Positions 18,727 to 28,302 of a DNA stretch of 64,000 nt are shown one piece after another. Below the pieces are notes generated by a model, which was given only the letters and a program-made list of their open reading frames with translations, was not told the DNA's origin and searched no databases. This DNA is from a virus. Its lineage: Duplodnaviria > Caudoviricetes. The stretch spans positions 1,942 through 65,941 of IMG/VR virus record IMGVR_UViG_3300047678_000069; one strand, given 5' to 3'. Position 1 is the first letter of the stretch. Every line of letters begins with the position of its first letter. A program made the position numbers and the translations under genes.

Positions 18727-20106
18727 CTACTTTTCGTTTTTGAAGGCAGCGAACGGAACCGACTTGAAGACGATCTTGTCGTTGTCAGCACTCTTGAGAT
18801 TCAGCAGTTGCTTCTTTTCGAAGACGGCAGTGATCTCAACTTCAACTGACTTGGTCTTCCCTTTCGGTTTGTAGAAGCCCATGTCACCAACTTCAAGAGG
18901 GGCTTCTTCTTCAGATTCTTCTGATTCTTCACCTTCTTCATCTTCTGATTCTTCACCTTCAGATTCAGATTCATCGTCGGCTGATTGGGCCGCTTCAATT
19001 GCTGAGGCAAGGGCAGCCCAGTTCTTATACTTCTTTTCGTTCGTTGGATCCAAACCAGCCTCTTCAGCCAGAGCGGTGAGTTGATCAGCAGCAGCCTGAT
19101 CACCGTCGTTGTCAGCGGCTTCACCAAGGGCTGCATAGTCAATTGCTTCGGATTCGTCTGATTCTTCTTCAGCTTCTTCGCCTTCTTCTTCAGCGGTTGC
19201 CTGTTTGATCAGGGCAGCAACAGCTTTCCAGTCCTTGGCTTTGTCGACGGTCTTCTTCGGAATGCCAGCGTCGATTGCCATCTTGACCAAGGTCTCTTGA
19301 GCTTCGGCATCCTTTGCCATCGCAGATTCGGCAAGTTCATCAACTGAAAGTTCTTCAGATTCTTCTGATTCATCAGATTCTTCTGATTCATCAGACTCTT
19401 CTGATTCATCAGCTTCTTCTGATTCATCAGCTTCTTCTGATTCATCAGCTTCTTCTGATTCATCGGATTCTTCTGATTCATCGGATTCTTCGCCATCGCC
19501 GGTTTCGTCTTCTTCAAGATCGTCCTCTTCGTCGGACTCTTCATAATCGACCACGCCGCCCCATTCTTCGTTTACACGGGGTTCAGGTGCTTTCGGGCCG
19601 TCATACTTTTCGTTGTAACCGGGTTGACCCTTTTCTTTCTTCTTCCCTTGCCACGTACGAACGCGGAAGTAGGTGTCGCTTTCTTCAAGAGCCTTACACG
19701 TTTCGTCAAGATTGTCGAAATCAACCTCAGTCGTGTCGACGCCGAGTTTCCTCAGTTCGTTGAGGACGTGGGCCATATGGTCGTCAATGGTCTTTCGGCT
19801 GCGGGTTGGGGTTTCACACAGCGGCTCTTGAATCATGGTCCTCAGACCAAGAATCGGAATGCCATTGACTTTGTTAGGGGACACGATGATCCCGACAGCC
19901 TGCCAGTACACCTTTCCCTTGAGGTCGCCGGTCTTGTAAGTGTCAAACTTACAGGTCTTCAACTTGGCGACGCCGTTTTCGATTCCATTCGGGAGAGAAC
20001 CACCTGATGAAAATTTCGTATCATCAGCTTTGTGAGCGGAGAACGCTTTCTTGCCAGCGGCAGCGATCTTCGCCAGAACAGAACTACTCGTGCTCTTTGC
20101 AACCAT
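18727..20106 (-). CDS. Very acidic protein, probable ssDNA-binding protein with repeats
   Basis: Beta-rich N-terminal domain followed by EESDES/EEADES repeats; sits after the exonuclease and Sak4-like ATPase. Confidence 0.6.
   Translation of the reverse strand: MVAKSTSSSVLAKIAAAGKKAFSAHKADDTKFSSGGSLPNGIENGVAKLKTCKFDTYKTGDLKGKVYWQAVGIIVSPNKVNGIPILGLRTMIQEPLCETPTRSRKTIDDHMAHVLNELRKLGVDTTEVDFDNLDETCKALEESDTYFRVRTWQGKKKEKGQPGYNEKYDGPKAPEPRVNEEWGGVVDYEESDEEDDLEEDETGDGEESDESEESDESEEADESEEADESEEADESEESDESEESDESEESEELSVDELAESAMAKDAEAQETLVKMAIDAGIPKKTVDKAKDWKAVAALIKQATAEEEGEEAEEESDESEAIDYAALGEAADNDGDQAAADQLTALAEEAGLDPTNEKKYKNWAALASAIEAAQSADDESESEGEESEDEEGEESEESEEEAPLEVGDMGFYKPKGKTKSVEVEITAVFEKKQLLNLKSADNDKIVFKSVPFAAFKNEK
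19352..19492. repeat. 18-bp coding tandem repeat (EE[S/A]DES)
   Basis: Repeated TTCTTCTGATTCATCAG[A/C] units. Confidence 0.9.
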
Positions 20107-20148
20107 TTCAACCGTTCCTTTAAGTGGAAACACAAACCAAAAACAGGA

Positions 20149-20182
20149 GGGGTATTATAACAATTGAAACAATCAATTGCTT
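20149..20182 (-). promoter_or_regulatory. Class A promoter AAGCAA-N17-TATAATACCCC
   Basis: One of three intergenic copies. Confidence 0.75.
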
Positions 20183-20371
20183 TCAACCAGAAGTGGATTT
20201 TCTGCCGTGTTCTCTTTGGATTACTCTGTGGACTTCTTCACGATGCACAGCAATCTCTGGAGGGGCTTCAATCCCGAGGCGAACTCTGTCACCACGAATC
20301 TCGATGATCATTATTTTGATGTTATCGTTGATGATGATGGATTCGTCTTTCGATCGACTGAGAACTAACAT
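20183..20371 (-). CDS. csrA: Carbon storage regulator CsrA (RNA-binding translational regulator)
   Basis: MLVLSR...[17 protein letters not shown] canonical CsrA sequence; AGGAGA RBS. Confidence 0.95.
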   Translation of the reverse strand: MLVLSRSKDESIIINDNIKIMIIEIRGDRVRLGIEAPPEIAVHREEVHRVIQREHGRKSTSG

Positions 20372-20426
20372 ATGAGTCTCCTTACAGAACTTTGTTTGTA
20401 ATTGAAAACGATTTTACACCAGAACC

Positions 20427-21296
20427 CTAGCCTTTGAATTCTCCTTTCAAGACGCTGACGATTTTGTCATAGGATGGATCGACGATAACATCGGGCAGCT
20501 TGAATCCTTTTGGCACCCGAAACTTTGTAGTGAACACTTCATGTGGTTCACAGTATGCACAGTAGTCAACACCTGGCATTTTCTTGCGTACCTTGACTTC
20601 CTTTCCTTTGATCTTGGTTGTGACCAGCTTTGTCTTGTTCCGACGATACATTCGAAGGATGTAGTCACAAGCTGGATTCAGCCAACCTGCCAGAGAAGGA
20701 CTGAGAGCCACACCGACGGTTGGATGAAGGCCATCCATCCCGGATCCTTCCATACCTTCAGGCAGTTCGTTTTCACGCTCTTGCCCGATGATGACAGAAT
20801 GGGTTTCAAGGCTGAGCAATGCTCGGAGATATTCTTTGCATTGCATGGTGCATTGACCATACTGTTCACGAGTGGCCAGTCCCCAACTCTTCTGAACTGG
20901 GATTTCATCAAGCCCGAGAACTTCCTTCAGAACAAGATCCTGCAGACCACTTACGTGATCCAAGACAATCGTGTTGTAGTTATGGTTCTCCTTAACGGAG
21001 TCGATGAGGGTCTTGAACTCGCTCGAGTCATGAAGAACAACAGCGTCAATCTCCTTTCGGTATTCAATTGGCACTGATTTTAGTTCTCCGGGTTTCTTGC
21101 CGCCTGAAACGATCACTGCGAGGATCGGTTTGGGGAACGTGGTCCAGAACGTTGTTTTTCCGGAACCACTTTGCCCGTACATCATGATCCGCAGATAATC
21201 GGTTTCCATGAAGTCTTCAACCGACATGATTCGGTCAAGGACTGATCCAGTCTTCTTTTTCTTTGGGGTCGCACTCTGTCGTGTAATTGAAGGCAC
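20427..21296 (-). CDS. AAA_24/Sak4-like ATPase (recombination)
   Basis: MYGQSGSGKTT, TIVLDHVS; next to an exonuclease. Confidence 0.85.
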   Translation of the reverse strand: MPSITRQSATPKKKKTGSVLDRIMSVEDFMETDYLRIMMYGQSGSGKTTFWTTFPKPILAVIVSGGKKPGELKSVPIEYRKEIDAVVLHDSSEFKTLIDSVKENHNYNTIVLDHVSGLQDLVLKEVLGLDEIPVQKSWGLATREQYGQCTMQCKEYLRALLSLETHSVIIGQERENELPEGMEGSGMDGLHPTVGVALSPSLAGWLNPACDYILRMYRRNKTKLVTTKIKGKEVKVRKKMPGVDYCAYCEPHEVFTTKFRVPKGFKLPDVIVDPSYDKIVSVLKGEFKG

Positions 21297-22495
21297 TATT
21301 CAAGCTCCGGGAACAAGGTCGTAACGTTTTCAAGCCCCACTGTGGAACCTGATGCAAGGTATTCGTCAAGATCTGTAACACCACCCTCATTTAGTGGGTT
21401 ATAAATGCCAAACGGACAACGGTAGTCAAGACAAGAAGGGCTGAGATAGCTTTGTTCACTTTCTCGACCAGTCTTGTAATCGTACCACCAGCAGATTTGT
21501 TCAAGCACTGGATTGAGGAATTCGTGCTTGAACTTTTCGATGTCGGCTTGAGTTAGTTCAACTGTCCACCGCTGGAAGTAGGATTCAGGATCGGCAACGA
21601 TGTAATCGTCACGAAGACGGGCATAGAACTCAGAATCAGTTTCAGCGGCTTTCTTGGCTGTCGCTTGATGTTTTCTGATCGTACCCTTTCCACCTGCCAA
21701 CGGACGTCGGACGACATTATAGCGAACACCTTTCAAGGGAAATGGGTATGGTGTTCCTTTTGGAATTGGCCAGTTGCCAATTTGTTCTACTGGGGGAAGG
21801 TGAACGTCTTGGTCCCAAAGTTCGTTTTCTTCCCTCAGCAGTTCTTGGACGACTACGATGTAGGTCATGGTTTGCGGGTCAAAGGACAGTTGCTTCTGCA
21901 GACGAATCTTGTCAATCTCAGATTTCGTCTTGTGTTCGTTCAAGTACACACCGGCGGTCTTACCTTTGCCAATAAGATCAAGGGCGTCGATCTTGCCACG
22001 TAGGTTGACAACTCGACCAGACGGAAGTTGATACGGGACGCAGAAGACAGCTTCCTGCAGCAATGGAGTTCGCTGGACAACTTCGTGGTTCTTTGCCCAG
22101 TAGGAAACATAGATTGGAAACATCATGAGGCAGATGGAATACCACTTCATGATTTCTTCTTTGTCAAGTGGAAACTTTGACAGAAGTGTTTCAGTGTAGT
22201 CCTTCAGTTCTTCCTTGCCGTTGCGTCCTTCGTGTTCGGGGGCAGCATAGCATTCTTCAAGAATGTGCCACATTGAGCCAAACTCGATCGACTTATTGAA
22301 TCGTGGGGTTGGGATCAGTCCATCGATTACCTTGACGCCGAACCTGTAACGACAGTTGACAAATTCAGAGATGAGACCCTGTGTGATGCCGCCCATTGGT
22401 CCGGTTGCTTCAGGACCATCCCACGTGGCTTTCTTTTTAGAGCGTGGAACGTTTTTCATCGCTGTTTTCAGTTGAGCTTTTATGCTGGTTTTCAT
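21296..22495 (-). CDS. PD-(D/E)XK (RecB/Cas4-like) exonuclease
   Basis: FGSMWH...LRGKIDALD...NEHKT...QTMTY. Confidence 0.82.
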   Translation of the reverse strand: MKTSIKAQLKTAMKNVPRSKKKATWDGPEATGPMGGITQGLISEFVNCRYRFGVKVIDGLIPTPRFNKSIEFGSMWHILEECYAAPEHEGRNGKEELKDYTETLLSKFPLDKEEIMKWYSICLMMFPIYVSYWAKNHEVVQRTPLLQEAVFCVPYQLPSGRVVNLRGKIDALDLIGKGKTAGVYLNEHKTKSEIDKIRLQKQLSFDPQTMTYIVVVQELLREENELWDQDVHLPPVEQIGNWPIPKGTPYPFPLKGVRYNVVRRPLAGGKGTIRKHQATAKKAAETDSEFYARLRDDYIVADPESYFQRWTVELTQADIEKFKHEFLNPVLEQICWWYDYKTGRESEQSYLSPSCLDYRCPFGIYNPLNEGGVTDLDEYLASGSTVGLENVTTLFPELE

Positions 22496-22749
22496 CGTTG
22501 TTTCTTTTCCATAAGGGCTTTGACATAACCACGGTTCCAATCAACATGATTGGGGTCGTTTGGCAGGAAAGTGTTTAATTGGGTTGGGATCCCTTCGTGG
22601 CCTGCCCAATATCCTTCTTGGAAGGCGTCTTGTTTCAGTTGCTCAACGCGGATTTGGTGTTTGATTTCTTCTGTTCTGACGAAATTGATGAATGCTCCTA
22701 ACAGAAGACCAAGTGAGCATAGGATGAGAGTTTCGACAAGGATTTTCAT
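22492..22749 (-). CDS. Hypothetical protein with an N-terminal TM segment
   Basis: 85 aa, coupled overlaps at both ends. Confidence 0.6.
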   Translation of the reverse strand: MKILVETLILCSLGLLLGAFINFVRTEEIKHQIRVEQLKQDAFQEGYWAGHEGIPTQLNTFLPNDPNHVDWNRGYVKALMEKKQR

Positions 22750-23111
22750 TTTAGTTCTATACCTTTCCAGTAGTCTTTGTAAAGCTGACAGAGTTCTTTC
22801 AAAGACTCAGCAGCGGTTTTCTGGAGTTGACGCATACGTTCGGCGTTTGGGCCGACGAAGATCCCGATCATGCTGGATTGGTTTTCAGCTTCCTCAGCGT
22901 GGATCAGGCATTCGAACGAGCGAAGAACTGGACGCTCTGGTTTCAATTGGATTGACTGTTTTGGTGCGGAAGCTTTCTTTGGAGGCACCACTGCAGGGGG
23001 TACCGAAGACTTTGCTGGAGAAGAAGCCAGCGGCTCAGAACGTTCTTGTTTCTTCACAGGAGTCTGGATCTTGGGAGACTTTTTGATATTTCGTTTCAGA
23101 GCCACTGGCAT
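22746..23111 (-). CDS. Hypothetical protein
   Basis: 121 aa, GAGG RBS. Confidence 0.6.
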   Translation of the reverse strand: MPVALKRNIKKSPKIQTPVKKQERSEPLASSPAKSSVPPAVVPPKKASAPKQSIQLKPERPVLRSFECLIHAEEAENQSSMIGIFVGPNAERMRQLQKTAAESLKELCQLYKDYWKGIELK

Positions 23112-23166
23112 TGCAGTATTCCTCAGTAGATGTAGATGAAAATTTGGTCAGACGGAAGAAGTTGAT

Positions 23167-23619
23167 TCAGATCGTTTCAGTTGAATCGATTGGCTCAGGA
23201 ACGGGTTGTTCAACAGGGAGAAAGTTGATGTAGCCGTTGGAATCTAACTTCAGGAAGTCAACCTTTTCTACCATCTTGGAACCAAGACCAAGACCAAGAC
23301 TCATTGAATTAACTTCGGAGTAGAAGAATCTTCCCCTGAAGTACAGTCGTGACAGTGGTTGATCTTTTGGTGAAACAAAGTCAGACGGATTCTCGAACGA
23401 GAAATCTTCGTGGATGTCATGAAGAACGACACGGTCGCATTCAGCAACTGCGTCGCAGCCGAACCCATACTCAACGTCGGATTTGATGAATGTAACTCCG
23501 ATGGCTTCCACGGATTTACAAGGGATGGCTTTTGAGATTGGGTCTTCCGAGCGACGGACCAGCCATCGGCATGATGAATTTCGGCCAGTGTAGTTTGTGG
23601 ACACGATGAACTTTGACAT
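23167..23619 (-). CDS. Hypothetical protein
   Basis: GGAGA RBS; downstream of a class A promoter. Confidence 0.6.
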   Translation of the reverse strand: MSKFIVSTNYTGRNSSCRWLVRRSEDPISKAIPCKSVEAIGVTFIKSDVEYGFGCDAVAECDRVVLHDIHEDFSFENPSDFVSPKDQPLSRLYFRGRFFYSEVNSMSLGLGLGSKMVEKVDFLKLDSNGYINFLPVEQPVPEPIDSTETI

Positions 23620-23689
23620 CTTCGATTTTCTCCAGAACTTAAACAGAAATTGAGACATTAGAAACTCCATTACCAATCAAACGCTGGTT

Positions 23690-23723
23690 GGGGTATTATA
23701 CATAGTGAAAGAAATCGTTGCTT
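23690..23723 (-). promoter_or_regulatory. Class A promoter AAGCAA-N17-TATAATACCCC
   Basis: Second copy of the motif. Confidence 0.75.
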
Positions 23724-23725
23724 GG

Positions 23726-24397
23726 TTAAAACGGAATAACCAATTCCATTGTTAGGTCTATCAATTTTGCGACGCACTGCTGGATGAACAGTCCTCGACT
23801 GGAAATATCGCTGCGAAGGATGGCTGCAGGATGCATGATGGTTTCAACTTTGATGTCGTTCGAAGGGACCAACGGACTTCCCCACTTCTTTGAAAGCTTT
23901 CCAACGAACACGATTGCTTGCGGTTTCGCCAGACTAATAATCTCAACGAGTTTTGGCGAGCAAGCGTGAATATGGACTGGTTTTGGTTCAGGAGTTTTTT
24001 GGCCATCTTCATCCGCCGGGATGCACCCTATCAGATTTGTCAGGGCATACCGAAGATAAGTTGGTTCTGGAACTGATGGTTCTTCTATTGGTATAGAAAG
24101 AATCGAATCAGAGATTATTTGATCCAAAAGCTTCCCGGCAGGACCAATGAATGGTTTTCCGATAGTGTCCTCAGAAACGCCGGGGGCTTCGCCAATGAAC
24201 AGAATGTCGCAGGGTAGCTTTCCACGAGCAAAGACCACCTTGTTTCTGGTTTGGTGAAGTGGACATCGGCGACAGTCCTTCCACTTCATCTTGTGCTCTG
24301 TATAGTTGTGGACTTCAGTTTCCTTCGGTCCTCTTTCTGTGCCACTCTTTGCGGAATGAGTGACACTTTTCCTGGATTTCGGTTTGATCTTTGGCAT
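23726..24397 (-). CDS. Uracil-DNA glycosylase family 4 (Fe-S)
   Basis: CRRCPL, IGEAPG, PFIGPAGKLLD, HPAAILR. Confidence 0.92.
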   Translation of the reverse strand: MPKIKPKSRKSVTHSAKSGTERGPKETEVHNYTEHKMKWKDCRRCPLHQTRNKVVFARGKLPCDILFIGEAPGVSEDTIGKPFIGPAGKLLDQIISDSILSIPIEEPSVPEPTYLRYALTNLIGCIPADEDGQKTPEPKPVHIHACSPKLVEIISLAKPQAIVFVGKLSKKWGSPLVPSNDIKVETIMHPAAILRSDISSRGLFIQQCVAKLIDLTMELVIPF

Positions 24398-24601
24398 CGG
24401 GTATATTCCTTAGAACTACTTGAGTGGCAACTATTAGTGCCTCACGAACATCTGAATCAGAGGCTGCAACGTCAATAATCATCATTACAAGACGCAGTGT
24501 TGATCTTACTTCTTTTTCAGTAAGCTCTTTAATTATGAAGTTCATGCAATCCATGTGTTCTTCAACAGTGAAATTGTGACAGTAGGTTGGATCTATTGGG
24601 A

Positions 24602-25135
24602 TCATTTTAGTTGTCTCAGTTGACCAGTGATGAATCGAAGACCGTATTCGGCGATCAGAATAGAATCGCTGACTTTAAGCTGTGAAGTTTGGTTTTCGTT
24701 GAACACGTTTAGATCTGGATACAGTTCTTGAGCAAGTCTGTTCAGACGTTTTTTGAATTGATCTTTGTTTTCTGTTTTTTTCCTTGGAACAACTCCAAGG
24801 GCTTTCTGCCATCGTTGAGGTGTGATGAAAATTCTTCTGTGCCTGACAAATGCTTGCTTGACCATACCAAAGTTCATACCGAACTTGAATGAGGAAGCAA
24901 CGCCTTGCTTTGGCATTGAATGAACATTCTCAATGAAAACGTTCGCCCCGTCGGTAATCGACTGAACTAGGTTGTCAAGGTCGAGTTCTGTTTCTGGCAT
25001 CGGGGTTGGTTCTAGTGAAACTTTGGAAGTCAAGTTTCTGTAAGAAGTAACCCTGAGAACACAGATTCCGCCAGACTGACCGGGGTCAACTCCGACGATC
25101 GTGGTTTGGACTTTGGTGGTTTCAACCTTTGGCAT
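24602..25135 (-). CDS. RuvC-like Holliday junction resolvase
   Basis: VGVDPGQSGG, FIENVHSMPKQGVASSFKFG, PQRWQK, DSILIA. Confidence 0.88.
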   Translation of the reverse strand: MPKVETTKVQTTIVGVDPGQSGGICVLRVTSYRNLTSKVSLEPTPMPETELDLDNLVQSITDGANVFIENVHSMPKQGVASSFKFGMNFGMVKQAFVRHRRIFITPQRWQKALGVVPRKKTENKDQFKKRLNRLAQELYPDLNVFNENQTSQLKVSDSILIAEYGLRFITGQLRQLK

Positions 25136-25331
25136 TGTTAGTTCCGATTGAAATGTGCAAAGTCTCTTCGTCAATTTTAATCGAAACAGAGATTTGATGT
25201 TTGTGGGCAGCATTGCGAATTTGTTGAGCCATGACATGTGGCATCACTTCAAAATCCTTTCCTCGGATCAGATTGAAGCTTCGGTTTCGTTTGAACCATT
25301 TGTCGAACGGGTAGGGCTTGTGAACTGTCAC
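25122..25331 (-). CDS. Hypothetical protein
   Basis: 69 aa, coupled to the upstream gene, AGGAGA RBS. Confidence 0.6.
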   Translation of the reverse strand: MTVHKPYPFDKWFKRNRSFNLIRGKDFEVMPHVMAQQIRNAAHKHQISVSIKIDEETLHISIGTNNAKG

Positions 25332-26125
25332 TTGTCTTCTCCTTGTGTTGGGCGGGATTGTTTAGAAGAATACTTGTTGATGGAATCAAGGAATCTAAAG
25401 GTTAGTGCCTTGTTGATTTTTATAGACAACTGGGAAAGAACTTCGAAAGCGTTCGCCTTGGCTATTTCCTTGAAATCTGGTTTGGTAGCGGGATCCGGGG
25501 TTGGATCAGACAGCGGTTTGGCCTTAGTCGTTCCATCTTCACAAGTGTAGGTTTCATACATCTTGTTGTCTTGGGTTGGACGGATGATCGTGACTGGCAA
25601 GCCATCTGGATCAAGGAATATCTCTGTGGTTTCTGGAAATGGTGACCCACCGTTATAGGGATATGGAAGGGCTGAGCGGCATGGTGGATGTGATGGAGGA
25701 AATGGTGGAAATTCATACTTTGGAAGTGGAACAGCTTTGGCCATCATCCTGACAACTTCTTCTGGTGAATAAACTGGAAGGAATTGCATCTGAGATTCAT
25801 GGAATTCATGAACTCGTTTTTCCACGTCAGCGTAGTTAATGGTAAAACCGTTGACTGCAGCTTTGGCTGAGTTGGCTGCATCTTGAATTGCTTTGGAAAA
25901 TTCTGGAAAAGCACCGTATCCCATAGCAGTGATCTCAGTTTTCATATCTTTGACAAACGAACGTTTTTGCTGTGACAACTCTTTGAGTTCTGAGATTTCA
26001 ATGTTGCACGATTCCAGTTCTTCGTTCAGTATGAAATTTTCCTCTTCAAGTTCTGCAACTCTTTTCTTCAGAAGCTTGAATCGATTTCTCACTTTTTTCG
26101 TCCGTGGCTTTTTATAGCGGGTCAT
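25328..26125 (-). CDS. Hypothetical coiled-coil protein
   Basis: GGAGA RBS; first gene after a class A promoter. Confidence 0.65.
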   Translation of the reverse strand: MTRYKKPRTKKVRNRFKLLKKRVAELEEENFILNEELESCNIEISELKELSQQKRSFVKDMKTEITAMGYGAFPEFSKAIQDAANSAKAAVNGFTINYADVEKRVHEFHESQMQFLPVYSPEEVVRMMAKAVPLPKYEFPPFPPSHPPCRSALPYPYNGGSPFPETTEIFLDPDGLPVTIIRPTQDNKMYETYTCEDGTTKAKPLSDPTPDPATKPDFKEIAKANAFEVLSQLSIKINKALTFRFLDSINKYSSKQSRPTQGEDK

Positions 26126-26163
26126 CGGTTGTCTCCGGTTGTTTAGTGGCCTGAAGTGGGCGT

Positions 26164-26196
26164 GGGGTATTATAAACGTTTGTTGGTTGTTTGCTT
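26164..26196 (-). promoter_or_regulatory. Class A promoter AAGCAA-N16-TATAATACCCC
   Basis: Third copy of the motif, at the divergence point. Confidence 0.75.
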
Positions 26197-26298
26197 GCGA
26201 TTTTCGGCGAATGGTAGGGTTGGTATTTTTCGAGCACAAAATCGTCGAGACGCAAAACACAATAAAAACACGGGTAAAGTAGTAAAAACTTTTCTGGG

Positions 26299-26327
26299 TT
26301 GCATTATGGTCGTTGGCTATTAATAAT
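26299..26327 (+). promoter_or_regulatory. Sigma70-like promoter TTGCAT-N17-AATAAT
   Basis: Near-consensus hexamers upstream of the ParB-like gene. Confidence 0.5.
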
Positions 26328-26390
26328 ACGTGTCAGCTTTGTTCGCTGTGGGCAAAGCAAAACAAGTTTTTAACCGGAGTGAGTTTAGTC

Positions 26391-27983
26391 ATGCCCAAGA
26401 TTACCAAAGAAGTTTCAGGAACGAAAGAAGTCAAGCCAGCAGCAAAGAAAGCTGCAAAGAAGGCTTCTGTTCCCGCCGAAACGAAGAAGGCCGCTGTTGT
26501 TGAAGCCCCTGCCAAGTCTGCTGGGAAGAAGGCTTCGAAGAAGAGCAAGGGTTCAGGGGAGATTGTTTATCCTGAACTTCGGGCTGAAGTGTACGGACCA
26601 GACAATCCGATCACTGTGGACTTGATGAAAGCGTGGTTAGGCTGGAAGGAATTGCCAGCGGATCATGAGGGCGAGTTTCTGCTGAAGGACGAAAACGGCA
26701 CAAAGGTCATTTGCTTGAACAATGCAAAGAATCGACCGTATTCAGCTTCCCTCAGCAGTTTGTATGCTCAGGAGATTCTGCGGGGACACTGGAAACTGAA
26801 CGGCGAAACCATGATCTTCGGTAATTATGGTCAAGCCATCGCAGTTCAGCACCGTGGCATCGGGTTGATTCTGGCATGGCAGAAGTGGGCCAATGACAAA
26901 GCTGCATATCCCTATTGGAAGTCGGCACCAACAATTCAGTCCTTTGTTGCGTTCGGCATTTCGGAGGATGATGAAACTGTCAACACGATTGACACTGGCA
27001 AGCCGAGAACTTTCAGCGACGCAGTGTACCGTTCGTCGTTGTTTGAGAACCTGTCTGGTTCAGCGAAGAAGAATGCCTGCAGGATTCTTGACTTTGCCGT
27101 CAGGTGCGTTTGGAACAGAACGGGTCGTGGGGTTGTTTCCTATGCACCACGAAGAACCCACAGCGAGGCATTTGAATTCGTGAATGCTCACGAGACACTG
27201 TTGAAGTGTGTTAGGCACATCATGGAAGAAAATGACGAGAACCGTGTTGGACGATTTATTCCACCGGGGACCGCTGCGGGTTTGATGTACATGATGGCTT
27301 GCAGCACAACCGATCGAACGGAATACGCTGCAGCAGAAAGTCCGACTGAGAACTATCTCAACTTTGAGAACTACGACAAAGCTGAAGCGTTCTGGGTTGG
27401 CCTTGCAAGTGGATCGAAGTTGTTCGCTCCGCTGAAAGCTGCAATTTCCAAGATGATTGAAGACTCGTTCGGTGGAAGCCCGATCGAACGTATCTCGTTG
27501 ATTGTGTTGGCGTGGACCAGCTTCCTGAACCATGGAAAGGTTCTTGAGAAAGATCTCAAGCTGGAATATCACACGGACGAAGAAACGGGTGCCACTATGC
27601 TGATGGAATGTCCTTCGGTTGGCGGGATTGACCTTGGCAACCCTGCAGAACATGAAGACGCTCAGGAAGCAACCCCGGAGGAAATGGAATCTACGAAGAA
27701 CAAGATCAAACAGGAAAAGGCTTCCAAGGGCAAGGTGGCGAAAGGTTCAAAGCAAAAGCCAGACATGAAGAACGTAGTCTACCTGACACCGGCAGATCTC
27801 AAGGTTGGTGACAAGGTTTGGGTTGGTACGTCAAGCAGTGACGAGAACAAGTGGATGGGGATCTACCGTAGTCATTACAAACTTGCGGCTGGCCCCATTG
27901 CCAAGATCGAAGCATGTGAAGGATATGCTGGGGCTGGCAAGTTGTTTGATGCATCGTTTGAATCTTTGTACGTGATTGAATAG
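26391..27983 (+). CDS. ParB/Srx-like protein with a basic N-terminal arm
   Basis: NRPYS...YAQEILRGHWKLNGETMIF...AVQHRG resembles the ParB-like DGQHRL family; also TIDTGKPRT. Confidence 0.7.
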   Translation: MPKITKEVSGTKEVKPAAKKAAKKASVPAETKKAAVVEAPAKSAGKKASKKSKGSGEIVYPELRAEVYGPDNPITVDLMKAWLGWKELPADHEGEFLLKDENGTKVICLNNAKNRPYSASLSSLYAQEILRGHWKLNGETMIFGNYGQAIAVQHRGIGLILAWQKWANDKAAYPYWKSAPTIQSFVAFGISEDDETVNTIDTGKPRTFSDAVYRSSLFENLSGSAKKNACRILDFAVRCVWNRTGRGVVSYAPRRTHSEAFEFVNAHETLLKCVRHIMEENDENRVGRFIPPGTAAGLMYMMACSTTDRTEYAAAESPTENYLNFENYDKAEAFWVGLASGSKLFAPLKAAISKMIEDSFGGSPIERISLIVLAWTSFLNHGKVLEKDLKLEYHTDEETGATMLMECPSVGGIDLGNPAEHEDAQEATPEEMESTKNKIKQEKASKGKVAKGSKQKPDMKNVVYLTPADLKVGDKVWVGTSSSDENKWMGIYRSHYKLAAGPIAKIEACEGYAGAGKLFDASFESLYVIE

Positions 27984-28271
27984 GTCTGACCTTTTCACCA
28001 GTTTGTAAACTCTGGTTCCCCTGTCGGTTGTTGTTGCTTGTTGGACAGCGATCGGCAGGGGTTTTTTGTTTTTTGTTGGCAGGGTTGGCAGGGGGGTTGG
28101 TTTTGCTTGTGGGGGTTGGTTGTTTGTGGGCAGGGGAAACAATGGGTTGGCGATTGTGGGGGCTTGTGGGGCTTGTGTGGAGCTTGTGGGCAGTAAAAAC
28201 GCTGGTTTTATTGGGCTTTTGCTTGTCGGCAAAAAACTTTTGGAAAAATGGTCAAATGGTTGTTGTGGGAC

Positions 28272-28302
28272 TTTACTTCGACGACGATTTCGACGACTAT
28301 TC
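28272..28302 (+). promoter_or_regulatory. Putative class B promoter (TTTACT-N17-GAYYAT)
   Basis: Aligns to 11598-11628; heads the plus-strand operon. Confidence 0.55.

Noticed and set aside
19352-19492. Possible CRISPR array
   Set aside because: Contiguous 18-bp coding repeats with no spacers; no cas operon.
21296-22495. Cas4 as part of a CRISPR system
   Set aside because: It sits with a Sak4-like ATPase and an SSB-like gene, a standard phage recombination module.
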